Shown in pieces: positions 29,431-45,023 of a DNA stretch of 64,000 nucleotides. Positions within the stretch are counted from its first letter, which is position 1; each line of letters opens with the position of its first letter. A program made the position numbers and the translations under genes. Below the pieces are notes generated by a model. It searched no databases and had not been told where the DNA came from. It saw only the letters and a list, made by a program, of their open reading frames with translations. The stretch spans positions 7,874,001 to 7,938,000 of the forward strand of contig OX597819.1 in assembly GCA_951406725.2 (NCBI GenBank). The letters are read 5' to 3'. The stretch comes from Octopus vulgaris (Eukaryota).

Positions 29431-29461
<31 letters not shown>

Positions 29462-29937
29462 TGTGTGTGTTGAAACTATGCTTCCTTGGGATCTACACGC
29501 AATTTGTGAATTAATGATGCCATGTGGTTAAAGAATTTACTTCGCAACCACATGGTTTCCGGATCGATATAACTATTCGACATCTCCACAAGGCAATAAG
29601 CCTTCTAATATAATTTTGAGGGGGTTGACCAATTCTTTCGGAAGGAAATCTGGAAGTGCCTAGCAAATTATTTTATTTGCTGAAGATAGCTTGAAACCTT
29701 GGTACAGGAAATAGATGGTAGATGTTTTTTATTTTTAATTCCATTTCGAAATTACCCCTAATAGTGGTTTGGAGTTTAACAACTCTTTCTAGCGGGTTAG
29801 ATGTCCTATTATGGCCATCTCTTATGTGTTTATATGTACACTGTATTTATATGAATAATATATAGTCTATTGACTTTTATTTTTTTTTCTTCACGCTAGA
29901 CCACTGGTAGTAAGATATTTCAAAATATGTTTTTGAT

Positions 29938-30346
29938 ACTCTCTTTACTCTTTTACTGGTTTCAGTCATTTGACTGCGGCCATGCTGGAGCACCGCCTTT
30001 TTTAAATCGAGCAACTCGACCCTGGGACTTATTCCTTTGTAAGCCCAGTACTTATTCTATCGGCTCTCTTTTGCCGAACCGCTAAGTAACGGAGACATAA
30101 ACACACCAGCATCGGTTGTCAAGCAATGCTAGGGGGACAAACACAGACACACAAACACACACACGCATATATATACATATACATATATACGACGGGCTTC
30201 TTTCAGTTTCTGTCTATCAAATCCACTCACGAGGCTTTGGTCGGCCCGAGGCTATAGTAGAAGACACTTGTCCAAGGTGCCACGCAGTGGGACTGAACCC
30301 GGAACCATGTGGGTGGTAAACAAGCTACTTACCACACAGCCACTCC
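29938..30346 (-). mobile_element. SINE family B
   Basis: Reverse complement of the B consensus. Confidence 0.9.
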
Positions 30347-30792
30347 TTATTAATATATTTATATACATGCATGTACGCATGCATCTATGTATGTCTCTCC
30401 TATTTTTAATCTGTTAAGTTCTTTCTCGGACGAAGGAGATGGTTTCTAAGAAAGACACAAAGCTCCATCTTTAGAATATAGATAGCGAAAACAATATTAC
30501 ATCTTAAACCTCAGAAAAGTCTTGCATAGCTTTACGGTTCCGCTTACAGATTACATTTGTAATGTGTGAATCTGTTGTTTAATTTCTTTTACTGAAATTC
30601 CAAGCTTAGCCAGACTGACAGTTAGGTATTGACTTACAAAGAATGAGCTTCAAATGTTATTGGTAAAAATGTAAATTAACAATCCGAATATACAAGCTGG
30701 AGGTTTCGAAACTGTTGTACATAGTTATGTCCTTTCTCTTTGATTTTCAAAGAGCTGATCTCTATGAAGGTACATACTTTTTCTTGTCTGTT

Positions 30793-30893
<101 letters not shown>

Positions 30894-30906
30894 GTCTATC
30901 TATCTG

Positions 30907-31245
30907 TGAAGGCACGTAGCACAGTGGTTAGAGCGTAGGACTTACAAACAATCGTGAGGTTGTGAGTTCTATTCCCCGGCCGGACTGTGTTTTGTGTTCT
31001 TGAGCAAGCCACTTTATTCACGTGGCTGCAGTCCCTCGGCCGTAGAAATGAGTTGCCACGTCACTAGCACCAAGCTATATTGGCCTTTTCCTTTCCTTTG
31101 GATAGCATCGGTAACGTGGAGCGGAGAGGCTGGTATGTATGGGCGACCCTGGTCTTCCACAAACAACCTTGCCCAAACTTGTACCTCGGAGGGGAACTTT
31201 CTTGGTGCAGTCCCATGGTCATTCGTGACCAAGCGGGTATTTACC

Positions 31246-31248
<3 letters not shown>
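30907..31248 (+). mobile_element. tRNA-derived SINE family F, inserted in (CTAT)n
   Basis: A box TAGCACAGTGG, B-box-like GAGTTCTATTCC, CORE-like TGTGTTCTTGAGCAAG. (CTAT)n on both sides. Single copy here. Confidence 0.7.
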
Positions 31249-31337
<89 letters not shown>

Positions 31338-31649
31338 CACGTATGTGTGTCTGAGTGTGTGTCACAAATCAATTGGTTGAAAAGTTGAAAAGTTACAAAA
31401 GTGACTCAAGTGCCGGGAGTTTTATGCTTGGCACTTACCAAAGTTTGGTAGTTTGATTAAAAAAATGTATATATACTTATGTACTAAGATCTATTTCTCT
31501 TGCTTGTCCCACCAAATCTCCACGCACGCACGCACACATACACACACGAACAAACAATCACTACGCGCGCGCACTACTCACATGCGCATGTATACATATA
31601 TACGTAATGAATATTTGCAAAGCTAGATTGCTAAAGAGATCAAGTGTGT

Positions 31650-31724
<75 letters not shown>

Positions 31725-32526
31725 CATATGTATACGCGCACAAACTCAAGCATATACAGAGATAGAGATGGCGAAAATAAAGTAGTGATCGAGTGATGGA
31801 CAGATAGAAACATATATAAAGCAAACCCAATGACAGACGAACAATGGCTGCTGACACATTGATAAGTTGTGTATAGACAGGTAGATAGGTAGGTAGGTAG
31901 GTAAATGAAACTAGCCAAGCCTTGTGTTAATACAGAAAAATGGTGTGATTTCCCTTGGTCATTGCTGGCCAGAACATGATTCCTCACTGTTATTCATAGT
32001 CTGTCCTTATTGCTATCTTTCGTTTGGTCAGTTATCTAATTATTGGGAAAATTCCTGCCAGCTTTGTTCATTGTGTCCACTTGTAAAACGGGAGCGGGGC
32101 AAAAACTTGACTAAATTCTATTTTCTCTGGCCCTTTTCTTACCGAATGCTGTGTCTTAGACGTTTATCTCTAGCTTCTCGTTAATATTATTCTTATTGTT
32201 GCTATCACTGATCTTTTTATTCTTCGTTCTCATCAATCCTCTTTACAACAATTCCCAAGGCTTTTAGACATACACAGTTATATATATACATATAAACATC
32301 CATCCATAAGAAAGGGAAGCATTTTAGACACCAAAATAACACAGGGCCGGTAAAATTAGATGAACCTACGAATTTTCGGCTTGATTTTACGCTCATAACC
32401 CACACATTAAAAAATATAACAAATACGTGTTTATCAAAGCGACCGAGAAATTATCTACAGATGCTTATATCTAGATAATTCATCACTCCATTTCTTATAC
32501 ATTTCTTATACGCCGATGTCTCCAAT

Positions 32527-32574
<48 letters not shown>

Positions 32575-33231
32575 CACACACACACATACACACACAAACA
32601 CGCACACGCACTCACACACGCATGTACGCTCATTACTAATGAACTGGAGTGAGTACTCACATAAGAAAGATGGAAAAACAATTCGTTTAACAGAAATTCT
32701 GTTACTTCTCTGCTACCAAAGGTTTCCTGCAGACAAAGATCAGCATTATTTCAACCAGAATTTAAAATACAAATGAAACTGTGTCATTACAGCTAATGAC
32801 AGTGTGAAATGAGATTATATATAACATACATAACGTTGTTAATTAGTCTGGATTTTTAACGTTTGTTTACACCCTTGCCGCACGTAGCTAGAAAAGTCAA
32901 TATAAATTAACCAAAATTTTAAAAACATTAACCAGTTTTTAAAAAAAGTAATCCATAGAAAATGGAAAATAATTGAATAAAATAAAATAAGCGAAAATAA
33001 AAATATAAATAATGAAATAGGGATGCGATAAAGATGTAATAAAATGAAAGAATAAGTGATATAAGAACTGGATTATGAGTTTGCAGTAATTGTTGCTGAT
33101 AGAAATTGTAAGAAACAAGGTAATGTTTTTTGGCCAGCAATATTGAACCATCCAGCAAAGAGATGAATTTTTGGCAGCAAATTTTGTAGTCAGAAACATA
33201 GCAATGGTAGTAATGTATGTCATACCTAACT

Positions 33232-33628
33232 AGGCGCAGGAGTGGCTGTGTGGTAAGTAGCTTGCTAACCAACCACATGGTTCCGGGTTCAGTCCCACTG
33301 CGTGGCATCTTGGGCAAGTGTCTTCTGTTATAGCCCCGGGCCGACCAATAATGCCTTGTGAGTGGATTTGGTAGACGGAAACTGAAAGAAGCCCGTCGTA
33401 TATATGTATATATATATATGTATGTGTGTTTGTGTGTCTGTGGTTGTCCCCCTAGCATTGCTTGACAACCGATGCTGGTATGTTTACGTCCCCGTAAGAG
33501 ACCGATAGAATAAGTACTGGGCTTACAAAGAATAAATCCCGGTGTCGATTTTCTCGACTAAAGGCGGTGCTCCAGCATGGCCGCAGTCAAATGACTGAAA
33601 CAAGTAAAATAGTAAGAGAGTAAAGAGT
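33232..33628 (+). mobile_element. SINE family B
   Basis: Matches the B consensus. Confidence 0.9.
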
Positions 33629-34091
33629 ACCTCCATAGCTCTTCGCAAAATAGAATGGCACAAAGGACGAAGTAAGGAAAGGACCGAGAAGCTTATCCGT
33701 TTCATCAAGGTCCGCTGATGACAAGTACTTTCTGCATACTTTGTAAGTTGGGTTTTCTTTCTCCAGTTTTCAAAAGTAAAACTGAACCTTGTTACTCTCA
33801 AAGTTATAAGAACGACGAAGATAAAATCTAAACTAATGGCCCAACAAATCTTACTAAATGTTATTCGATGGTTATGAGTCAAAATTGACTCAAAGTGCAG
33901 TTTCAGTGACTCTTCTGCCGAGGTAGCGAAGTAGTGGAGATTAATGAATCATAATTTCTTCGTCATTTTCGTCACATTTTCTTTCGAAGTGTCTTCATCG
34001 TTACTGTCAATAAAACTGTTCTTGACGACAATGTGGATAGTTGTATGTATCAACACTTTTCCTAATACAAGAGATTTAGAGCCAAATGGTC

Positions 34092-34134
<43 letters not shown>

Positions 34135-34140
<6 letters not shown>

Positions 34141-34718
34141 ATATGTCTACCTGGGACAGGAAGTAAATATGTGCCGGGATATCAAAAAGGAGATTTCACG
34201 GAGAGTAAGGGCCGGATGGAAGGCGTTCAATGGCATAAGGGATGTGCTCAAGGGAAGGTTGGACAGGACCACCCGCACCAACCTCATTAACAGTGCAGTT
34301 CTGCCTGCAATGTTATGTGGTAGTGAAACATGGGCTACCACAAAGAGAGAAGAGCAAAGACTGATAACGGCTCAAGAGCCATGGAAAGGTCAATGCTTGG
34401 TATCTCGTTGAGAGAGCACATAAATAGCAACATCATCAGAAAGAAGTCCGGCGTGAGAGATGTCATCGCAGAGTATACTCGCAGCAAGTATAGATGGGCT
34501 GGACACGTCGCCCGGCTCACCGATAATCGGTGGACGCACGCAGTTGTCGAATGGTACCCGCGTGAGCGGAAAAGACCACCCGGAGTGACGATTTCAAGAG
34601 GACGATTGGGATCACGTGGATGAGCAAGGCGCGATCCAGAGAGGAGTGGACAGCGTGCTGTGACCAGCGGTGTCAAATGGACGCCTAACGGACTGGTCGG
34701 TCAAAGTGATCAAAGTGA
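34135..34718 (+). mobile_element. RTE-clade LINE, 5'-truncated 3' fragment inserted in (TA)n
   Basis: EYVYLGQ, EISRRVRAGWKAF, LPAMLCGSETW, frameshift, RAMERSMLG, RWAGHVARLTDNRWT...WYPRERKRP. Tail (TCAAAGTGA)2. TA repeats on both sides. Confidence 0.92.
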
Positions 34719-34905
34719 TATATATATACATCTTTTACTTTGCAACCAGGCTATTTGCTAGCTGTGTCCCGCACATTTGATGGGCTGATGATGATACCTT
34801 TCCAGACATCTTCTAACAAGAGATTTAGAGCAGAAAATATTTGGACTGTGACAAAAACGGGATTGACACTGGGGATGGCGACAATAATAGCGCTCGGTAT
34901 ATATA

Positions 34906-36000
34906 CAGTGGGGGGAAATAAATATTCGTACACGTCAAAATTCTTTATTTAATTTCTAATGACCATAAATGGGATATACCAATACAATATTTGCATACAC
35001 ATGCATAAATTAAGAATATGCAAAAGAAACTAATAAATTATAGTAACTAATGAATTTATATACAATTATAAGTATTTAGGGGTGGAAAAAGTATTCGTAC
35101 AGAATAAATTTATGATTTTCTATGCCACAAAATACTGTTGAAATAATTTTTTTTTTACTAGAAGTCTCTCGTTTGTTCCAATAATCTTATCAGTTGTCAT
35201 TTTTAAGTGTCAAAACACTAGCTTCTTCATTCAGCATTGAGACAACATAAAGTAGTATCGTAATAATGGCGAAAAGTAAAGAACTCACAAATTCAGTGAA
35301 AAACTTAATTATTGAACAGTGGAAAGCAGGTAAAAGTTACAGGAAAATATCAGAGACCCTCTGTATTCCATTTTCTACCATATCTTCATTTATTCAAAGA
35401 TATAAAAAATCGGGAACTGTGCAAAATAGAATAAGATCCGGTGCACCACGCAAGATTTCCCCTTGATCTTTAAGAAAAAAATGAAGCGAAGAATCGAAAA
35501 AAAAACGCAATGATCACCAGAAAGGAGTTGCAAGAAGATTTGTTAGCTTCAGGGACTAGTGTTACACTACGAACAATCAGCAATGAACTTCATACGAATG
35601 AACTGAAACCACGCTCTCCTAGAAAAACTCCGCTGTTGACTAAAAGGCATAGAGATGCCCGTTTAAAATTTGTTTATGAACATAAAGATAAATCTGTTAC
35701 ATTCTGGGGAAATGTTCTATGGACAAACGTGTCGAAAATTGAATTGTTTGGACGAATTTCGCGTCGCCATGTTTGGAGGAAAGATGGTACCGCCTATTCA
35801 CCGAAAAACGCAATTCCTACCGTAAAGTGTGGAGGTGGCAACATCATGGTGTGGGGGTGTTTCTCTGCAAATGGTAATGGCAATTTACATGTGATAGATG
35901 GTAGAATGGATGCAGAGATGTACCAAAATATTTTGAACAATAATTTAAGGGACTGTAGAAAAGCTCCAGCTTTGTGAAGGGTGGGTTTTACAACAGGATG
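34906..36000 (+). mobile_element. Tc1-family transposon (IR/DR-type left end), 3'-truncated
   Basis: TA-CAGTGGGGGGAAATAAATATTCGTAC start, with an internal direct repeat at 35079-35101. Peptides MAKSKELT.., [41 protein letters not shown]; breaks off at LQQD. Confidence 0.9.
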
Positions 36001-36082
36001 GCTTCTATACTTTACATTATCGAGCGATTACTGTTTCAATCTCAGAATGAGATTTAATTATGCATTCTATTACAGTTCTATA

Positions 36083-36318
36083 TTAAAGAGATGAGGAATT
36101 ATGTACATTATTTACATTTGACAGATATTTGTCCACATCTTGTTTGTTTATATCATCTGATATACACTCCAGCCTTCGAAAAAATACCTGAGGAATGAGA
36201 ACCCAGTTTCGAAATTTCCCCAAGACACCTGACGAAGGCTGGAAGGTATATCAGCCGAAACGTTGTGTTGACAACAAACAAGATGAGGACAAATATCCGT
36301 CAAATGCAAATAATGTAT
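36083..36318. mobile_element. Penelope-like inverted terminal-repeat relic
   Basis: ~36103-36178 is an imperfect reverse complement of ~36233-36318. The right arm overlaps a hammerhead. Confidence 0.72.
36224..36269 (+). ncRNA. Minimal type I hammerhead ribozyme motif
   Basis: GACAC-CTGACGA-A-GGCTG(gaaggtatat)CAGCC-GAAA-CG-TT-GTGTT. Stems I and II pair; minimal palindromic stem III as in Penelope-associated hammerheads. Confidence 0.7.
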
Positions 36319-36326
36319 ATATTATA

Positions 36327-36545
36327 GTCTTTTACTTTTTTCAGTCACTTGACTGCGGCCATGCTGGAGCACCACATTTAGTCGAACAAATCGACCACAG
36401 GACAAATTCTTTGTAATACTTATTCTATCGGTCTCTTTTTGCTGAACCGCTAAGAGACGGGGGACGTAAACATACCAATATCAGTTGACAAGATGGGGGG
36501 AGGGTGTCAAACGCAGACACAAATAACAAATACATACATACATAC

Positions 36546-36634
<89 letters not shown>

Positions 36635-36880
36635 TGAGCGTTAAACTAATACATCTGTTTGTTGTCTACACCACCTGTCTTCGTCTTTTGTTTTTTTTTT
36701 GTGAATTCTCAACTATATATATATACATATATATACGACGGGCTTCTTTCATTTTCCGTCTACCAAATCCACTCACAAGGCTTTGGTCGGCCTGGGGCTA
36801 TAGCAGAAGACACTTGCCCAAGGAGACACGCAGAGGGACTGAACTCAGAACCATGTGGTTGGGAAGCAAGCTTCTTACCA
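36327..36880 (-). mobile_element. SINE family B with a ~75-bp foreign insert (36636-36712) in its (TA)n tract
   Basis: B tail at 36327 and head near 36880. The insert matches 45806-45885 in reverse. Confidence 0.85.
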
Positions 36881-37058
36881 CACACACAAACACACACACA
36901 CACACACACACACACTTACACACACACACACTTACACACACACACACATACATACATCTATGTATGCCTCTGTGTGTGTATGTACGTATGTATGGGTATG
37001 TGTGTTGTATGTATTTATGTATGTATGTATCTATCTATCTATGTATTTCTCTCTCTCC

Positions 37059-37113
<55 letters not shown>

Positions 37114-37842
37114 TATATACACACACAAATGTCCCGAACGCACTCATACACAACACACTCACACACACATGATATAAATGTAAACAAAAAAAGCTCATCT
37201 TAAAAAGAACTGACCTCCAGTCATTTTAAATATCAAAACACACAGATACACACCACACTCGCACACTCACCCATGCCCATATATATGTATGCATGTATAT
37301 ACTTATATATAAACTGTATATATATATATATATATATATATTATTTTATACGTTACTTAGTCGCATTATCAATGTTTATTTCCATAAAATAAAATCAGAG
37401 AAAGAAGGAGTGAGAAAGGGAAAGAGGGACAGATAGAAGCAGAAAGAGAGAGAGACATAGATAGAGGGGGAAGAGAGAATGAGAGAGAGAGAGGGAAAAG
37501 GAATAAAAAGGCAACGTTAGGCGTAGATTTCCATTCATCCTGAGTTCTCTTTAAAAGAGGTTAAATGAAAACTGAAATTTTCTTAATGTTCCCACTCACT
37601 GTAACACACGAGTGAACTAAGCCACACGCACTCACTCTCATACAAGTATAAATATATATTTAAATGTGTGTGTGTGTGTGTGTGTGTGCGTGTGTGTATT
37701 TGTATGTGCGTGTGTTTGTGCATGTGTAGGCGTACGTGTGTATGCGTGTGTGTGTGCGTATGTGTGAGTATATATATATATATATATGTATAAATATACA
37801 CATTCATTTTATAATGGAAAATATATCAAATAAGCTCATATA

Positions 37843-38170
37843 CGTATGTATGTATGTATGTATGTATGTATGTATGTATGTATGTATGTATGTATGTATG
37901 TATGTATGTATGAATGTATGTATGTATGTATGTATTATGTATGTATGTATGTATGCATGTATGAATGTATGCATGTATGTATGTATGTATGTATGTATGA
38001 ATGTATGTATGTATGAATGTATGTATGTATGTATGTATGTATGTATGTATGTATGTATGTATGTATGTATGTATGTATGTATGTATGTATGTATGTATGT
38101 ATGAACGTATGCATGAATGTATGTATGTATGTATGTATGTATGTATGTATATATGTATGTATGTATGTGT
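37843..38170. repeat. (TATG)n microsatellite
   Basis: Directly visible. Confidence 0.95.
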
Positions 38171-38455
38171 GTATTTTATATATTTTCTATCTATCTATAT
38201 TCATAATTTTGTTATTGGGATGAAACGCATAAGAATGACACGATGCTATATACGTATACTTAATGTACGCAACGAAGCACTTATACCTTTTCGGGTTCAT
38301 ATACAAATATGCGAGTAGTTTTTTTTTAAAATATATATATCGGTATTTCTCAAGGGTTATGTACACATACCAAATAATTCTGCATTCAAATACAATAAAT
38401 ATATGATACTAAAATATCACAATCTCTTCATATTTATGAAATATAGAGATGCAAA

Positions 38456-38623
38456 GCAGGAGTAGCTGTGTGGTAAGTAGCTTGCTAACCAACCACATGG
38501 TTCTGGGTTCAGTCCCACTGCGTGGCACCTTGGGCAAGTGTCTTCTACTATAGCCTCGGGCTGACCAAAGCCTTGTGAGTGGATTTGGTAGACGGAAACT
38601 AAAAGAAGCCCGTCGTATATATG

Positions 38624-38659
<36 letters not shown>

Positions 38660-38887
38660 TGTGTGTGTTTGTGTGTCTGTGTTTGTCCCCCGCAACATCG
38701 CTTGACCACCGATGCTGGTGTGTTTATGTCCCCGTAACTTAGCGGTTCGGCAAAGAGACCGATAGAATAAGTACTGGGCTTACAAAAGAATAAGTCCCGG
38801 GGTCGAGTTGCTCGACTAAAGGCGGTGTTCCAGCATGGCCGCAGTCAAATGACTGAAACAAGTAAAAGAGTAAAAGAGTAAAGAGTA
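38456..38887 (+). mobile_element. SINE family B
   Basis: Matches the B consensus. Confidence 0.9.
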
Positions 38888-38940
38888 TACATACACATAA
38901 ATGACGTGTGTGTATATGTGTATGCATGTGTGAGTGTGTA

Positions 38941-39008
<68 letters not shown>

Positions 39009-39284
39009 CATCTATTTATCCACACACACACACATACGCAAGTACATACTTATATTTAAATAAACACATGGATATTTGTATATATGTACCCATGTGCATA
39101 CATGTGTATATACATGCACACATATTTGTATGCACACGGAAATACACACGCACATACACACATTAATATATATAATATACATGTACAAATATGTATATAA
39201 ATATATACATACGTATATATATTCATTGTTATTATTATTGTTTTTATTGTTGTTGTTATTGTTATTATTATTACTACTACTACA

Positions 39285-39401
<117 letters not shown>

Positions 39402-39410
39402 GTTATTATT

Positions 39411-41160
<1,750 letters not shown>

Positions 41161-41330
41161 GAGGCCGTGAGCTGGCAGAATCGTTAGCATGCCAGGCAAA
41201 ATGCTTAGCGGTATTTCGTCCGTTGTTACGTTCTGAGTTCAAATTCCTTTCGGGCTAAAACACTGGGGTCAATGTAATCGACTAATCCCTACCCAACAAG
41301 TTGGAGGCCTTGCGCATCCAGCAGGAAGGA
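41161..41330 (+). mobile_element. SINE family C, internally deleted
   Basis: Head gagctggcagaatcgttagc...gagttcaaattcc. Confidence 0.75.
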
Positions 41331-41334
41331 TTAT

Positions 41335-41365
<31 letters not shown>

Positions 41366-41410
41366 CTTCTTCTTCTTCTTCTTCTTCTTCTTCTTCTTCT
41401 TCTTCTTCTC

Positions 41411-41925
41411 GTTTCGAGATAAACTCTACAGGCCCGGATGTGCTGTCAGACGGACTTGTCCGAGGTGCGCGCACGGTGATGAGACCGTTCTGCACGCCCT
41501 CGTTCAGTGTCCGATCATTGCTTCCTTGTGGGGTTATGTTGAACAACTGCTGTCACATGTGGGACGGATCCGTCTATCGGCCGAGTCTATAGTGCTAATT
41601 GCACCGCTGCCCTCCTTCAATCGGGCAGGCAAGGTAGCTTTCCTTTGCCTGGTTGTTTGGTGGACAAGGCTGAAAAGCATGAGGACAGATACATTCTCCT
41701 TTGGTAGAGCACTCATTGACTTTTTCAAGTTTCACTTGGAAAGAAAATTGAGAATGGAGAGGGAAATGCTGTCCTTCAGTGAGTTTATTGAAAAGTGGAC
41801 GAAAGCTGCGAAAATGGCATGAGTGTATGGTACCTCTCTAAGTGTAGATCTGTGAGTCAGAGACAAGGTATTGGAGAGGGCACTTGCTCCTATGGTTTCA
41901 GGGAAATCTCGGATAGTGGGGTTCC
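41411..41925 (+). mobile_element. L1/Tx1-clade LINE ORF2 C-terminal fragment (zf-RVT)
   Basis: CPRCAHGDETVLHALVQCP..LW, WWTR and FIEKW* motifs in ORF 41301..41822. Confidence 0.85.
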
Positions 41926-42100
41926 TTAGCGGTATTTCGCCCGTCGCTACGTTCTGAGTTCAAATTCCGCCGAGGCTGACTTTTCCTTTCTTCCTTTCGG
42001 GGTCGATAAATTAAGTACCAGTGAAACTCTGGGGTCAATGTAATCGACTAGTACCCTCCCACCAATCTTCAGGCATTGTCCCTTTAGTAGAAAGGATTAT
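41925..42100 (+). mobile_element. SINE family C, 5'-truncated
   Basis: cttagcggtatttcg...cctttcggggtcgataaattaagtaccag. Confidence 0.8.
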
Positions 42101-42106
42101 CATTAT

Positions 42107-42151
<45 letters not shown>

Positions 42152-42676
42152 CATATATATATATATACATACATACATACATACATACATACATACATAC
42201 ATACATACATACATACATACGTACATATATGTATATGTCAAAATACGCAACAAAGATATCCAAAGGTAATGCAGTACGATCGTTTCATGCGACTTCATTT
42301 AATTAAACAATGCAAGTATTACATCAGTTTTAAAATGTAGAGGAATCTTCAGCCACATATGGAATTTTTTTTAGTTAAATTGAAAAGATTCATTTTTATA
42401 CTTATTCCATTTACCAACATCGCAAAGAGGTAAGTAGATAGACAGAGAGACCAGTCTCATCAACAGAAACATGGTATAAAATTATATTTATTCATGGATA
42501 CGCTACTTATCACTGAATTTACTTTGTTATTTAGATTTACTATTGGGGGAGGGGGTTTAATATTCTATTAAGTCTAGTGGAGACAACACCAAGAATCTAT
42601 CTATTATAGATAGAGGAAGAAACAGTTTAAGTGGCAGAACCATAAATCAAGCTCTCTTTTAAGAACTTCTGGTACC

Positions 42677-43071
42677 CAGAAACCTGGACGTTATCAAAGA
42701 AGCTTGAGAGGCGGTTGGATGGAACCTACACTCGCCTCCTTATGAGAGCTCAAAATCTCTCGTGGAAGCGTCATCCAACCAAAATGCAAATATATGGGAA
42801 ACTACTGCCTGTGTCATCTCTTGTGAAAGGTAGGAGAGTCCAGTTTGCTGGACATTGTTGTAGAGCTGAAAAAGAGGTAATTTCTACTCTTCTCCTCTGG
42901 AAGCCATCTACTCGCAATACCAGAGGGCGCACACTCTCCTACCCTGATGTAATCTCCAGGGATACAGACATCCAGCAACAGGACCTCCGTAATGCCATGA
43001 TGAACCGTGAAGTCTGGCGTAGCATGGTGAATTCCATTGTCTCAACCACGGTCGAACAATGATAATGATGA
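42677..43071 (+). mobile_element. RTE-like LINE 3' fragment (second family)
   Basis: ETWTLSKKLERRLDGTYTRLL, RRVQFAGHCCR, LLLWKP, AMMNREVWR; TGA-repeat tail. Confidence 0.85.
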
Positions 43072-43283
43072 CAGTTGAATGTATTTCAGCTTAAATTAGT
43101 AGGCCAAAGCTGATGGGGTAGGGAGGATAGAAACTTTTAATACTTAACTATTTAACAGCCGTAATCCTACTTCTGATTTCAAATAAATCGGTATATCTTA
43201 GATAGTTTATTTCCAAAGGATTCTAATAACTTTAGTATCTTATACAACATAGGGATGGGGAATATAGAAATAATTTCATATTT

Positions 43284-43537
43284 ATCATCATCATCATCAT
43301 CGTTTAACGTCCGCTTTCCATGCTAGCATGGATTGGACGGTTCAACTGGGGGTCTGGGAAGCCCGAAGGCTGCACCAGGCCAGTCAGATCTGGCAGTGTT
43401 TCTACAGCTGGATGCCCTTCCTAACGCCAACCACTCCGTGAGTGTAGTGGGTGCTTTTTATGTGCCACCTGCACAGGTGCCAGACGAGGCTGGCGAACGG
43501 CCACGCTCGGATGGTGTTTTTTATGTTCCACCGACAC
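43284..43537 (-). mobile_element. SINE-like family E, 3' portion with (GAT)n tail
   Basis: Minus strand reads ...GTTAGGAAGGGCATCCAGCTGTAGAAAC...GGACGTTAAACGATGATGATGAT. Confidence 0.65.
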
Positions 43538-44497
43538 AAAATTATATAAATATAAATCAAATTAATATAAATTTATAGTTAATTAGTAAATAGTAATTTG
43601 TTGGTATTAATGAGTTAAATTGAAAGAATATGCTAGACATTTCATTTATTTTCTGCATGTCAATGACTTTAGAATGTATTTGCTTGTGCTATAAAATAGA
43701 TAGTGAATTATAACAGTATGGTTCTGTATAGGTTAAGAGTGAACTCAATAGAAATGTATTATCAACAAGATGATATAGTGGGTAAATGAGTAAGATAAAA
43801 TGGTTTGAAATTTTAGTGAAGGAAATTGAAATCAGTAAATTGAAAAATAAAATTATTTTAGAATATAGTAGATAAGGGGTTGACTAGATTTGCATTCTAA
43901 AAACTTATTATAGGATTAACTAACTAACCTAGCTTATTTATAATAGGTGAGGTAAGCTGCTATAAGAAAATACTTAATAATTACATTATAATTTTATAAT
44001 TACTAGACTAAAATTAATATTTATTTATCATGGGAGTTGTCGTGTAAGATTAGTGTTTAATATCAGGTGAAGAAATGATCAAACTATTGGTTAAAAATTA
44101 TATTAATAATAAGACTGTTATAGAAATAGAGATATTATCATCTATTCATTATCAGGTTTTGAATATTAATTAAGGGGATTTAGAAGAACTTTTTATGAGA
44201 ATATTCTTAACAAATAAGGTATTAATAAGCAGACATATCAAAAACCTTTAAAATCTTATAAAATATAATGGAAGGGAGGTAACCAAGATGAAAGGAATAT
44301 TTAAATTTAGTATTCAAGAATGAAGTATGGTTTATATGGGGCATAATAATTTAGGCTAGTTATATATATATATATTCAAAAATATAAGGAATGGCCATAA
44401 TAGGACATTCGACTCACTAGAAAGAGCAGCCAAACTCAATCCGCTAATAGTTGTAATTCTGAAATTGAAAGAGAAATAAAAACGTTTACCCCTTTCA

Positions 44498-44592
44498 TCT
44501 CTGGACTATGCATAGTTTCGGCAAACTTTGGTAAACAAATTAATTAAATTAAATTAAATTTATTTACAACTGGCGTGCCTCGTCAGCAGAGA
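44498..44592 (-). ncRNA. Type I hammerhead ribozyme motif, complete core
   Basis: Minus strand: TCTCTG-CTGACGA-GGCA...TGCC-GAAA-CTATGCATAG-TC-CAGAGA. 6-bp stem I, extended stem II, palindromic stem III and GUC triplet. Confidence 0.85.
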
Positions 44593-44744
44593 GGCCAAGG
44601 ACGAGTATATATCCACGAGGCGTTGGTAAGGAAGCCTCCAGTCTATATGCTATAAATTATCAAAATCTACCGCAATGGCGCGGTCTTCTCAGCAGCAAAT
44701 ATAAACTGCTGATTTAATTTCAAAATTAGTCAAAAAATCATTAA

Positions 44745-44791
<47 letters not shown>

Positions 44792-45023
44792 TTTTATTCT
44801 TTTAGTTCTTTCAGTTATTTGACTGTGGCCATGCTGGAGCACCGCCTTCAGTCGAACAAATCGACCCCATGACTTATTCTTTGCAAGCCTAGTACTTATA
44901 CTATCGGTCTCTTTTGCGGAACCGCTATGTTACAGGGATGTAAACACACCAACATCGGCTGTCAAGTGATGCTGTGGGGAACAAACACAGACACACAAAT
45001 ATATACATATAAATATATTTTTG

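Noticed and set aside
34067-34831. 16-bp direct repeat ACAAGAGATTTAGAGC on either side of the RTE fragment
   Set aside because: Offset ~50 and ~100 bp from the element ends, so not its TSD; significance unclear.
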